Source: Antedon mediterranea (Eukaryota > Animalia > Echinodermata). From it: 64,000 nucleotides of DNA. The notes below the pieces were generated by a model that did no database searches, was not told the origin of the DNA, and worked only from the letters and a program-made list of their open reading frames with translations. Both the position numbers and the translations under genes were made by a program. The first letter of the stretch is position 1, and each line of letters opens with the position of its first letter. Below, one piece after another: positions 14,950 to 28,526 of this stretch. The stretch spans positions 2,992,422 to 3,056,421 of the forward strand of contig NC_092678.1 of the NCBI RefSeq assembly GCF_964355755.1, written 5' to 3'.

Positions 14950-17900
14950 TAGATGGTTTTTTTTTTATTGCGCAGGATTTTGGTGGTTCCCATTCCACCT
15001 TTTTTAACACACTATACTTTATTAAGAATGTTTAAAATGTTAATTTTTTCTCGCATATAATATTGTCATGGTTACAAAGACTATCAGGAAGACTACAAGG
15101 CACGATCGCATTCACTTGGGACTTGAAATGTCAACGATGGATATATTATTAATGTTCTCTCTAATTCCTACCACAAAATGTACGTACTGTAGGAACACAT
15201 TTGAACATTGTTTAGGATCAAATTAATTATGTGAATTACCATGAAAGATAGGAACTTCAATGCCATGACACAGAAGCATTAACATTTCATAAAAACATTT
15301 CAAAGAAACATAATAAAAATGTGCTTTATGGGAAGATTCAAGGGAACCCTGAATGTAAATTTTTATAATGCAAAAGATAGAGGTTATAAATTATAGCAAG
15401 TTATGTAATTTCATTGTACAATTTTAGGCCGTGCGCCTCTTCCTGTGTGCCATTGCTGATTGTATCTTCTGTAGTATTTATTTTCAATCAAAAACCATAA
15501 CTGTGATTAACTTTAAACGTTTCTAATGATTCATGTATTTTCATTAAATACTATAGCAAAGCAATTCAGAAAATAGAAACATTTTATACCAGGGAATTTA
15601 TTATTTCTTTCGTTTTTTAATACCAAAAATACTTACAATATAAGAGTTGTTAAATTCTGGAGTACAGTGCCAAGTTGAGGTACTGACGTGAGCTGATTTT
15701 CCGCTAAATTCCTATGGGAGAAAAAAAATAGTGAAAAAGGTATAAAAAAAGCAGTGAAGATGAAAGTTAGCGCTTTTACATGCTAAGGGCAAAAATCTTT
15801 TGAAATCCTTTAGCAAATAGGCTTTCTCCACAGCTGTGTTTGAGTAGTAGATTTGGCCTAGAGCCTAAGCAAGCTGCTTTTATTGAGCTATATTTAAGTA
15901 AGGATCTCAGAATGAGCTAAGTACAAACAAAATGCAATACTTTGCCAATGTGTACACACATCAAATATTTTCAATTTTTCATTTTATTTATTTAAGTCCA
16001 TTGGCTAAGGATAGTAGTGACTAAGTTAAATAATACCATCACTATTAAGATACTGCTTTTAAATATTTCTAGCATATTGGAACATAAAGAAAAAAATGTC
16101 TCAGATTGGATAATGTCCATTGGAAGGGGATAGGCCTACAGTATGTTGGTTTATCCAGATAAACTAGGCACGAAACAGACTCGCCATAAATTTCGTTGCG
16201 CACTCTATCACACTGATGTGTTACATCATACAAAGAAAGTACTTGTAGCCACTATCACACATTGTGCAACACCTACGTGACTATTCTGCAGGTTAGGGAT
16301 GATGGGTCACATGTTTTGACAAGTTACAAATCAAGAACTACTTAAATAACTAATGAAAGTAATTGATTGATCTGATGTTAAATGAATAAATAAATAACAA
16401 TTATTTTCTATACATATTTGTCCTAAATGTAAAACATTGAGTGAATTATGAATATTTTATGCGTTTGACACAGATAGTACTGTACCTTTCACATTGAATC
16501 GTCTTTAATTATATAAAAAGAGGTTTTTAGGTCATTGTGAATATAATGTTTAACTGTTTGTATCGTATCTAATCCCTCCTTCTGGAGAGCATGGGCTATT
16601 GTTGGTTTATCCAGGTAAGCTAGACATAAACAAGACTACTGTACTTACAGTCCTGTTAATGACACAAGTTCTGAAAATACAGATTTGTCTACTGATGATA
16701 TTCTATTTTCACTTAAATCTCTGCAAGAAAAAAATAATAAATTGTTATAGGACTAATGCACTCGAAAAAAGAATAACAGTTGTTGTGTTGTGAGTGGGTA
16801 ATGCTCAGGGGGTGATTAGAGAAAAAAAGGATATAGTGGGAAAACGAGAACATTGCCACTAAAACTATCAGTGGGTCAGTCTGTATAGCAGAATTGACTA
16901 CAGTACTGTTAGTTTACTCATGGGTGTCGATATAATAGGGTTAGAAAGAGATTGGAGGAAAGAAAGTTTGGAATATTATATGGAAGAGCTGATCTGATCA
17001 TTAATTATAGAATATTGTTATTAATGAAGACCACAGTATGTTACATGTATTAATTTCTATCAATAGAAGACACTGTACACTAATACTATACACTATTATA
17101 GAGGTACCGTAATTTATACAGTACATAATGATTTGCCACAAAGCTAAACTGTACTGATCATTAATTGTAGAATATTTTTTATTAATGTACACCACACTAT
17201 GTTAAATTTGTATTAACATGAATGATAACATGAATGATAACGGTAATAGTAGGTAGAACAAAACGAATGTTGTATATTTTGTTGTGATCCTAATATAATG
17301 ATTCAACTTGTAAACATCAGTAATAAATTATACCATTGAGACACAATACATTGGAAAAGTTCAGATTAATCAATTGAAATGCTAATAACATTTGTAAATA
17401 AACATAGCATTGTTGTGCCCATTGACATCAATAATGTTTTATTACTAATCATTAGAATTCTACCCGTCCATTTAGTTGTTATTGATATTTAATGATACCG
17501 ACAACTTAAGATCGCGCAGAAAATATTTGTACTATTTTCTATAACCCGAGATTAACCACAAAAAATAATAGTCACCAAAAATGAATTATACAGACTTATT
17601 ATATAAAATCTATGAAAACGCTTTGTATTTTGATGAATAAAAAAACGGTTTTATGTTCATAACGTTGTAAAAATACCACTGCAGTGCCGAGCAACAATGG
17701 TAGAAGCCTGCACAATAGACGGTCTTAATCGCACAAACAATGCTCACACAAGCAAACCAATAAAATACTTAATGGAGATAATACAATTGGAACTGATTCT
17801 ATTTAATCTCAGTACAGATTGTCTTTCAAGTTTTTTTTTTAAAGCTTTCTTTGTGTGCTATACACTTTTCTTGAGTATTATCAATCTAGCATTAAATTGT

Positions 17901-19855
17901 TCTACATGTGCAGTTGAGGTATTTATAGAAAAGAATAATTTCTTTGCTTAAGTTCATTGTTGTAAACTAAAATAAATACTAAAAGACTGATTCCTGATAG
18001 AAAATATATTTAAATCCATAGAAAAACTTACAATTGATATGGTGGTATTTAATACTTTATTACTTAAACTGTAAGTAAGATCTTTTTAAAAAAAATTATA
18101 CTTTGTTTCTACAAACTGAATATCTTGATATTTATCAAATAATAAACAAAATCATATTTCTTAAAATAATAAATAAAATATTCAGAAATTTGGAGGAAAA
18201 TAGATTTATATTTTATTGACAAGTACCAAGGCTTAAATTTTGATACTGTACCGCTTTATTTTTCTGATAAATTTCTTAAGGCTTTCGAAAGGTGAGATAG
18301 ACAATAAAAAGGTAGGAACTCAAAGTAACCTATGACCTTTATACTCGGCATCCTGTGGAAATCATGTCGGATTTGGTTTCTGTCCTGTCGCTAATAACCA
18401 ATTTCATTTACTCAACGGATCTGCTATTTGAAACCTTAAGATTTTTGCACAATGCTGTTCTTGGCCCTGTGGTAAAACTATGCCCGACTTTGGCTGCTCT
18501 GATCTAAGTTGTGATCAAATTTCACTGCCCCAGGCTACGGCAAGGCTGCGCCAGGTAGCTGCATAGTTCTCAACAGAGAATGAAAAGCCTGCTTCAGTAA
18601 CTGCTATTGTTGAGCTTAGCTTCCTTTCAAAATAATGTTTGTTTTCATTACCAGCTCACAAATCGACTTCAGCCCTTCTATTATTTCATTTGATTACAGT
18701 CCCAGCCTGCGTTAAATGTTGAACAAATTTTGAACACAATAAGCGTGAAAGCAATTCACTTTTCTCTTGTCATTCAAATCAATTTCATCAAGTACTTAAT
18801 AATCTATTTTCCTATTATTTTTTTTTCAACTGTACTTAAAGTTCACCAATCAATGACTTCATTTTACTGTATCTCACAGAAAATCTTTAAAACGGAAATA
18901 ATTAGGAAATAGATACAATAATGAAAGACACCTAAATATGAACATGTTTGTTATATTTCTTTACTAATCGTAATAAATGTTATACTGTAGTTTATTTTTA
19001 AAAACATTACAAACTAATTTTAAGTTAAATGCACCTACTCTACTGTACCTTTTTATTATAATGGCTTACATACAGTAGTTGAGAATACAGTAAAACATAA
19101 GAAATATTTATATACCTGTACAACATACAGTACTGTACATTACCTCTAAAAGTAAGTTACTCTTTTTAAATATTACACAAACTTTTTGAGCTGAAACTAT
19201 TCGAGTTGTACAGTAGCTCTATTTTGGAGAGAATAGGCTAATGTCGGTTTATTCAGGTAAGCTAGGCACAAAATAGTAGACAAATTATTTATTACAGGCT
19301 ACAGGTACTAAACAGTACTACAGTATTGGCCATTTTCCCAAAATGTCCTTGCACTAGATATGTATGATTCATTAATAATATCTGTATACATTTTTAATTT
19401 ATGTATAAACTAGAAAAGAAGGCAAAATATGGTAAGAAAATCTAGCAGAAAAGAAAGTTGTCGACTATGACAAAAAAATAGAATGAAGGTTTAGCATTAT
19501 GAGAAGAGTTTGTACTGTTGGTCCTTTTAAGGAATGCGAGGAGCGGTATACGATAACCAACAGGAATTGCTTACGTCATTTTACACACCTGTGCTTATTG
19601 CAATACACCTTTACTGAAAAAACAAATGTATATTCCTTTTGCAGACAAGACAAGCAAACTAGAGCCTCTCTTAACGAGCTTAAGAATTTAAGATCCTTGC
19701 AATCAAAACACGGGCAAATTGGCGTAAAATATGAAGACGTCAGTCAGCTGTTTGAAACAATGTGCAGATGATAGCATTTCCACAATCTCCCACGATTATT
19801 TTAACAAATTGGTTGGGAAACTTGGATTTGTTTGAAAACTATTAATAGAGAATTC

Positions 19856-20186
19856 TCCAATTAGGAAAGAGTTTGCTGATAAAGTAGTATACATGATTAC
19901 ATACTGTAGGGGTACCTGATTCATTTAAGCAATGTATTTTGCTTAAGCTGCCCTGCCCAGCATTTTTTCATCTCTTTTAAAAAAAAATATGTATATTTAT
20001 TAAAAAAAATTAATTTGTACTCCAATTAGGAAAGAGTTTGCTGATAAAGTAGTATACATGATTACATACTGTAGGGGTACCTGATTCATTTAAGCAATGT
20101 ATTTTGCTTAAGCTGCCCTGCCCAGCATTTTTTCATCTCTTTTTAAAAAAAATATGTATATTTATTAAAAATAAATAAATTTGGAC
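19856..20186. repeat. Near-perfect tandem duplication, ~165-bp unit x2
   Basis: TCCAATTAGGAAAGAGTTTGCTG... starts at 19856 and again at 20021. Confidence 0.9.
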
Positions 20187-20860
20187 TCTTTTAAATGTTG
20201 GAATAAAACTTGCAAAAAAATTGGATCACAAAGGGTTTACTGTACACTCACAGTACAGAAAGAAATTACTGCTTCATATTACCAGCTTCTTAGCCTACGC
20301 GTAGGTAGATCGTAGATCATTGTTCTGAACGTACAGTACACTGCAAATAAACATTAAATTTTAGTAAAAAAAACTTATACAGTTTTATCAAGAGTCGTTG
20401 ATAATCATTGAGGTTTTGTAGCCTATGCGTAGGTAGATCATAGTTAGCGTACAGTACACTGCAAACAAACACTAAATTTTAGTAAAAAAAACTTATCTAC
20501 AGTTTTATCAAGTGTCTCTGGTAATCATTGAGGTGTGACCGCAGGATAAGCAATTTGTTGTAAAAATAGGAAGCAATCATTCACAATACTAGAGGGTTGT
20601 ACACAGAAGTGCACGATGTGTGCAATATAACTTCCCATTTTAAACTAACAATTACTATTTTTGCCAAGTTTAATAATGCTTTTAAATCCAGGTCAATTTT
20701 AATGTTGAATCATTGTTTTGAACCTATTGTTTCAATGGCAAGTTATACAGTAGTGTACAAATAATGTGTATCCCATTCATTTAATTGCGTCAATTCGGTA
20801 GAGGTTTTTTCTGTAGGGGTCGCGACAGACCTGATATTTGAACTTCAACAAACGTTTCCA

Positions 20861-20892
<32 letters not shown>

Positions 20893-20941
20893 TGTATATT
20901 ACATTGTGAATATTCAATGTTTTTATCACACTTATACCTTA

Positions 20942-21096
20942 AGCTCTGTCAAACTAGTTCGACAAAAAAAGTGAGATGTGCCCAAATATGGTAGTGATAT
21001 TCTCAAATAATAGTAGTGAAGATATGACAATCATCATGTCCATATGAGCACACCACATTTTTTTGTCACATAAAATTTGATAGTGTAGACAGAGCT
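20942..21096. mobile_element. MITE family A
   Basis: AGCTCTGTC...GATAGTGTAGACAGAGCT, with TTA on both flanks. Confidence 0.85.
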
Positions 21097-24000
21097 TTAG
21101 TTACAGCAAATGGACGTAATGATAAACACCAAGATGTTCACATTCAGGATCATCTCTTAATCCAATGAACAGGTTCTTCTTTAGTTTTGTCCACTACAGA
21201 TTAGCCCACAACTTATTGAGATATTACGTTAAAGTGGTCGAGCTTTATTTAATATTAGTTAACAAAAAATGCGTTTATAAGTGACCTTGGTATGTATTGA
21301 GGGGCAATCATGTGCGAGATATCGTTCCAAGGTCATGCATTGAAATGTCAATCTAGGCTTTTTGTTCATCGACACCTGCCGTGTTGGTTACGGCCCTTGG
21401 AATCGATATCGTTTCTGCTTCAACACCACTGGTATTAGTCTACCTGAGACCTACTCAATATTCTCACTGATAAACATGTTTAATCTGTTATATTGAACTG
21501 AAATTGTTACAAGTAATGTTATATAAGTACAACAGGCCTCAACTTCTTCACATAACTTAATCTAATATAATAACTTGTACAGTAATTTATCATTGAAGGT
21601 CGCCTATTAATACCTTTGATTGCAAATTGTCACGAATATTTGAAATAAATTTTCATAGTGTAATTGTGCTGGGCGGGTGTGTGCAGAAACACCTACAGTA
21701 CTGTCAAAGAGCTAAATTCCCCTACCCTAAATTTTATTTTAAATTTAAACATTTCACCCAGCCTAATTTCAACACATAGTACCTAACCATTACACAAATG
21801 TGTACAGTACTAATACTATTTTATTTTTTCTTGAATATTTGATAATACTGCAATATGAACACTGTATTCTACTTTATTTTGTTTTAATTTAAATAGCTTT
21901 TTTTATTTTTTATAAATTAAGATAACTAAATACTACAGTATGAATACAGATTCATTTTTTAACAGTTAGACTTTGGATAAAAGAAAACCAATTTCATAAT
22001 ACTTCATTCATTATTTATTTTAATTACTATTATTTTAATTAATTTTATTTGTTTGCAAAATTGAGTAATTTGTTTAGAAATTTGGCCTTGTTGGATCAAA
22101 ATAAACCACATTACACTTTACAGTATGTATTAATCTGCCATACAATAGAAAATTTTATTAATACATACATAACTGTAGTAATGTGTGAATTGGCCTACTG
22201 TACCTGTACAGTAGGCTAAATCCATGCACTGCACATACTGAATGCTGTACACACAATAGATCAAGCTTTCTGCATGGCCAACGATTAAATAATTTGCTTA
22301 TTGCTTTCAGAATTTAGTGGCAGATTCACACAAAGGCTAACAATTCCTCTTAACACTTCTCAAGTGGAAGTGATTTAGAGTGAATGATAAGACCTAGGTA
22401 AGGCTTTATACTTAAATTGCATTTCATAGGCTCTACTGTAGCCTTTGTCATGCGACAGATATAGTTCATATTGCGTTGTATTGGAATCTGAACAGAAAGC
22501 AAATGAAGAATAAAAACAGCATGGCTTTTCACAAGAACAAACATCGAGGTGTTGGCCAATTCATCGGTTAGAAATTTGACCAGGAAATAATGTTAATTTA
22601 GTTAAAAAAAACTGTAGGTTGATCAATCTAGATACAGTAAATATGATTACGGATTGTACCTGTAATTATAAAGATTTGTCACTAATTTTGGTCTTTTCAA
22701 TTCTTGGTACTGTAGTTTATCCCTGTACACGAGTGGCCCTTCCTGATAAGAGTCTTTATTTTGTCGTTTTCTTTTTTTGATGTTCCATATTTGTAAATTA
22801 TATGTATTCTTACTATGTTTTTTGAAGAAATATATTGTTTACCTATATATTTTTATACGTACAATTCATATATATTTTCATAATTATTTTTTTTAAAACT
22901 TCAATTTTAAATATTTTATTTGAAATTGCAATAAACTTTCCTAATATTGTGTATACAGACAAAAGATCTACTCACTTTAAAATCATACAAATGACACTAA
23001 AATGTATGTAATAACATTAAGGTATTTTAAAATGTAATAATTCAATCCAATCAAAGAAATTTATACATCAAATTATGTAGGTAAATTAATGTATTGCGAC
23101 TGTAATCAGATTTCGTTTAATTGGGAGTAGTAAGAATAGCAGGATATGATTTATGTAAAAGATAAGAAACAGAAATGCTGTGTTTGGAATGTCAATGTCT
23201 GTACAAGTACAATAAAAAAAAATCGAAATTCTATCCAAAGGAATTATTTTCCCTGGGTTCGATATTAAAAAAATAAACTAGTCTAAATAATGTGGTAACT
23301 GGTCATAAGTTGAAATATTATAAATAAAGGGTTTAAATTGTTGAATGTTTCACAAGACTTGGAGTCGCCATATTAAGCCAACTACTACATAACGTCATAA
23401 ATTTATCATTTCTTCAGCCAATAAAGGGTTTAAACCATTCTAAGACTTTGTATTAACATTAAGAACCAAACTATGATACCCAGGAATTTATTTACTATTT
23501 AGAAGATTTACGAGTTGTAGGTTCACTTCTCAGTCTGGTAGAAATCTATCAATGGTCTTAACTACATGCACTACTATTTGCTTTTAAATGCACTGTACAA
23601 CAAAAACTATGTTGTCCAACAAAAGTACATTTGATTGAAACAATCAAGACATTCTATAACAACTTAAATCTATCAAGATAAAAACTAACTGTAAATTAAA
23701 GTGAGCTGGATTAGTGTGACTGTGAACAAAGTAAAGTACTGTATACTACAGTACTGTACACTACAGATGTATTGTACAGTATAAGTACCATCAGAAAGCT
23801 ACACAGTACAGTAAAATGTACGGTACATTACAACAACAGCCTGTATACAGTATTACTGTAGATCAGAAAGCTACAGTACAGTAAACAGTACATTTACTGT
23901 ACAGTAGGCTGCAGATGTACTATATTGCAAAGAATACAAAATAAACTTTAGTTATCTTAGGATATTTTTTAAACAGTCCTCGTAAATTTTTTGTTGGTTA

Positions 24001-24420
24001 TCAGATGCCGTGGGGGGTCCAATCAATTATCGTCAGAAGGTGAACAATCAGTCTACAGAAGATTATTAGGAACGCCTGCTCCATTAATTAATCCAGAAAA
24101 AGGTTTGAACATTATCTATTTGTTTATTATCCTTCTCCTAACACAATTATATTTTCTTTAAAAAAAAGGTTTTATAAGTGGTTTCAACATTTATGATAGT
24201 AATGTCACAGTTCTGTGTCTGGACGCAAGTTCATAGACCTACTAGTTATATTATTCATATTAACTGATACTTACTCTTCATTTACCGTAAAGTTCAGTTT
24301 TAATGAAATATATAATATAAATTGGCTTCGTAACAATTAATTAGTTTTGAAAAGGTTAGTTTTTTGGTGATAGGTGAAAATGACATGTAACTTCGTAATC
24401 AATTTATTTTTTTTGTATAA

Positions 24421-24778
24421 AGGCCCAATTACACTATGACGATAACGACAGACGATAAATATATATATAGCATGCATTTTTTTTACATAAACCAAAAGAA
24501 ATTAGAAAGGTTTTCGTTCTAGACCTATAGGATAATCATTTATGCTGTCTTTGATAAAAATAATGTTTTTCAAATTCCAATCAAATGACGTCATGATAAA
24601 TAAAAACAATAAAATCGCTGTATTGTCACGATATTATTGGTCTTACTAATCATGACGTCATTTGATTGGACGTGTGAAAATATAATTTTCATCAAAGGAA
24701 TTGTTTATATTTCTTTTGGTTTATGTATTAAAAATGCACATTTGTCTATTTATCGTCGATCGTTATCGTCCTGGGCCT
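24421..24778. mobile_element. Palindromic MITE (AGGCCC...GGGCCT), PIF/Harbinger-like
   Basis: Whole element is an imperfect hairpin (GACGATAACGA/TCGTTATCGTC, CCAATCAAATGACGTCATGAT/ATCATGACGTCATTTGATTGG) with TAA/TTA flanks. Confidence 0.7.
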
Positions 24779-25829
24779 TATGCTGTAAATGTTCAATTAA
24801 TTGATCATTCCGATTTTATTAGTTTGACTCTTGCACAGTTGCTGTCTAATCGTTGTTGTGTAATATCATTTCGAACCATATTAAAATCATAAAGAGATTC
24901 ATATTCCTTAACATGTGGCTGTGCATGGAAGTCTGGTCTACAACTCGGCCCCGGGCCTGAAAGTGTTGGTGAATTCATAATTATACTTAATATTATATAT
25001 ATAAACACAACAGGCATAGAAATAAATTCCAAACCGCCCGGTGATACACTGAAAATTATTTAATTAATTTTTGAAACGATAAAGATGAGGAAATCTGGGA
25101 GTGTGGAAACATTTCAATATTCATTTAAAAAAGTACATTAATTATGGTATTGATCAGTGCCTATAGAGGCGTAAAAACCCTCGGTCAATATCATGTAAAA
25201 TGCACTGTGGAAGGGTCATTATTAAGACTGCAAAATTGGGCTTATCAACAAATAAATACTTTCGTTCAAAATGTAAAATCAAGGCTAAAAAATTGGGCTT
25301 ATCAACAACAAAATATTTTATTTTTAGACGCGATAACATCAAGGATAATCAGTATAATTATTAATATAGCCACTGTTACTAGTTTTATTCTACATGCTAA
25401 AGTAAATAAAAATCCACTAGAAAACAAGCAAGTCTGAATGTTATGCTTATTAGCCATGTTATGTTTGTTACTGTAGGCCTATGATTGTTTGCAATGTCCA
25501 CATATTATTTCCGTGGGCATATCCATAGTGTATCACTCACTTTCTTTAGATTTTGAAGAATGATTTGTGTTACAAGAGTCAAATGCTCAAGATATCGGCT
25601 AACGCCATGGGACCCTTGGCTTATCAATGAATAATAAATACAGTACTACTTTCGTTCAATTGAAATCGGAATCTGACCGTTTCATTAAATTGGGTGTGAT
25701 TAGGCCTAAACATATAATAATTTATTAAAAAGGTACAATAAAAACAAATGCATCAGAGGCGTAAAGAACCCACGGTCAATATCATGTAAAATGTATATGG
25801 TATAAGCACTGTGGAAGGGGTCATTATTA

Positions 25830-26110
25830 TTAAACTGGAAAATTCGGCTTATCAACAAATAAATACTTTCGTTTAAAATGTAAAATAAGACTGCAAAATT
25901 GGGCTTATCAACAAATAAATACTTTCGTTCAAAATGTAAAATAAGACTGCACAGTTGGGCTTATCAACAAATAAAATACTTTTTTTCAAAATGTAAAATT
26001 AAGACTGGAAATTGGGCTTATAAACAAATAAATACTTTTTTTCAAAATGTAAAATTAAGACTGGAAAATTGGGCTTATAAACAAATAAATACTTCCGTTC
26101 AAAATGTAAG
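25830..26110. repeat. ~53-55-bp minisatellite (AAAATGTAAAATAAGACTGCAAAATTGGGCTTATCAACAAATAAATACTTTCGTTC), ~5 copies; related copy at ~25165-25310
   Basis: Direct reading. Explains the repetitive NWAYQQ ORFs. Confidence 0.85.
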
Positions 26111-26136
26111 AAAACATTTTTTAAATATAATCCTTA

Positions 26137-26289
26137 AGCTCTGTCTATACTATCAAACTAAATAAAATATGATGTGCCCATATTATATAGACATGACGAT
26201 GTCATATCACTACGATAATCGGGCATATCACTACCATATTTGGGCACATCACACTTTTTTTGTTAAACTAGTTGGGACAGTGTAGACAC
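26137..26289. mobile_element. MITE family A
   Basis: AGCTCTGTCTATACTATCAAACT ... AGTGTAGACA. Confidence 0.8.
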
Positions 26290-27115
26290 AGAACTATGTG
26301 ATCGAAACATAAGTCGGAATTGGACTGACGCGATTGATTTAATTGGGTATTTTTATTAATGTAATGATTCATTAAAAACTATAATACCGATACGCGTTTG
26401 GTATTGATCAATGGTGCAAAAAACCCTGAGAAATAATGTTATAACGCGATTTGGTGATAGCTTAGCAATAATACAACCCATATACTATTATTATAAATAC
26501 CTATTACAAATCCATTCATATAACTTTTCATCGCGAACCGAAAATGTATAAATGTTATTCTACAGACAGTAATTATATATTCAAAAGCCATATTATTATT
26601 ATTATCAATACCTAAATGCGATAGTAATAACCACATACATTATTCCCAATACAAATTTGTGCGTTTAATTCTAGAAAGAAACGACTGTGCTGACAGGCCA
26701 ATGACATAAATCACAAGTAAAGTCCCAATTGTTCACTTGCGTTTTGATTGGCCGACCTATTATATTAGATTAATGAAGACTGTTCTTACAACTGTCCAGT
26801 CAAAAAGTTACGCGGCGTTTTTTGTAAGAAATATTTCTTGTTTAGATTAGTTTTGTGTGTAAAGCGCTTAGAAACTTTGTATTAGGCACTATAAGACTCA
26901 AATATTGTGTACAGTATACAGTACATTACTGTACAGTACATTACTGTACGCTACAGATGTACATACAGTACAGTGATTATATCATTAGAAAGCTATACAG
27001 TAGTACTGTACGCAAGCCTTCATGTTGAGTGACATACTGTACTGCAATACAGTTTTATAACGGCCTTGAAATTTGTTTAAAAGTGGCTGTGAAAACGCTA
27101 TAAAACATGGGCCTA

Positions 27116-28526
27116 CAGTACAGAAAGAAAATACTGCAACTTTACCTACGAAGTAGCTTCGTAGATAGAACGTAGGCTACGTTGTTGGCTTCGTAGGTTC
27201 CATTGTTTGGCTTCGTAACCTCAATAAACAACTTTCAATGAGCTACGTTCTGAACTTCGTAGGGAGTTCGTAACCTAAATAAACAACCCTACGATGTTCT
27301 TAGTGAAGTAAGGTGTGAAATTAATGTGTCAAATTTAATTGGCGGAGGACAAAGTTGTAAATTAATAAAAAATAAATAATATTTTTTAATCGTAATATTT
27401 TCCTTCGTGCGTGTTTACCTACTCAACGGCGAATATAAATATAAATTTCCCACGATGTATAACGTAGAGAGAGACACGATCCAACACAGGTGAACCGCAA
27501 CGAACAGGCCAACTAATATAATAAACATAATATAGCGAACGTCCCATCCAGAAACGATGCCGAGAAAAAAAGATCGTAAACAATTCATTCTAAATATAGC
27601 ATCAGGACGTTCAATCGGTCGCTCAAAAAGACTGCCGACAGAAGACCGTAATTAATACAGACCTAGTTTTTTTTTTGGTCACATGGCATGAAACGCGATA
27701 CTCTCTGCTTACCGCAATCTCTCACATGTTTTTTTTTACAGACGAGAGGGTGGCTACCGTCACGTCTGACGACGATAAAACAGTAATTAAGATCGTGTAC
27801 CTGGATTTTGTGTCACATGACATGAAACATAATACCCTCTCTACTGTGCTGCTCAGCTAGCTCACATGTTTTTTCCCCTCCAAATTCTGGTCGGGCCTTT
27901 TTCTTTATACATGTCGTAATCATTTTAAAAAAGGCCTATTTATGTATGTTAAATCTTAATATGGAATATATATTTATTTTGCATATATTTTGTTGGTGTC
28001 CTAGCGTAGGTGTCGTTGTTTTTATAATTCGCTAACCCAACAAGGTAGGAATAAATAATTTATAGTGTAGGCCGCCGAAACAGGCTAGGCCTAGCCTCGA
28101 CTCTCTCTACGTGAGCTGAGGTCCACCGGCCCGATGTCGTTTCATCGGCGGATTTCCGTCCAAATTAGGATAACCGATGCGTAGGGCGGCTACAAAAATT
28201 GACCTACTATCTTTAGGTAGGATTTTAATTAGCAAACAATACATTGTTTCTTTGCATTGTCCATGCTTCTACGAACCACCCTACGATCGAGGCGTAGCCT
28301 AGATTTCATAACAATACATCGTAGGCTACGAACAATACATCGTAGGTAGGAGAGAACAATACATCGTAGGCTACGAACAATACATCGTAGGAGAGAACAA
28401 TACATCGTAGGCTACAAACAATACATCGTAGGCTACAAACAATACATCGTAGGAGAGAACAATGACCTACGTTCTACCTACGAAAGCCTACGCGTAGATA
28501 CGAAGCAGTAATTTCTTTCTGTACTG
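27116..28526. mobile_element. Non-autonomous TA-flanked DNA transposon (Tc1/mariner-like ends), 1.4 kb
   Basis: TA|CAGTACAGAAAGAAAATACTGC ... GCAGTAATTTCTTTCTGTACTG|TA. Subterminal CTACG/CGTAG repeat arrays (AACAATACATCGTAGG, 28310-28455). A partial end copy lies at 20251-20330. Confidence 0.7.
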
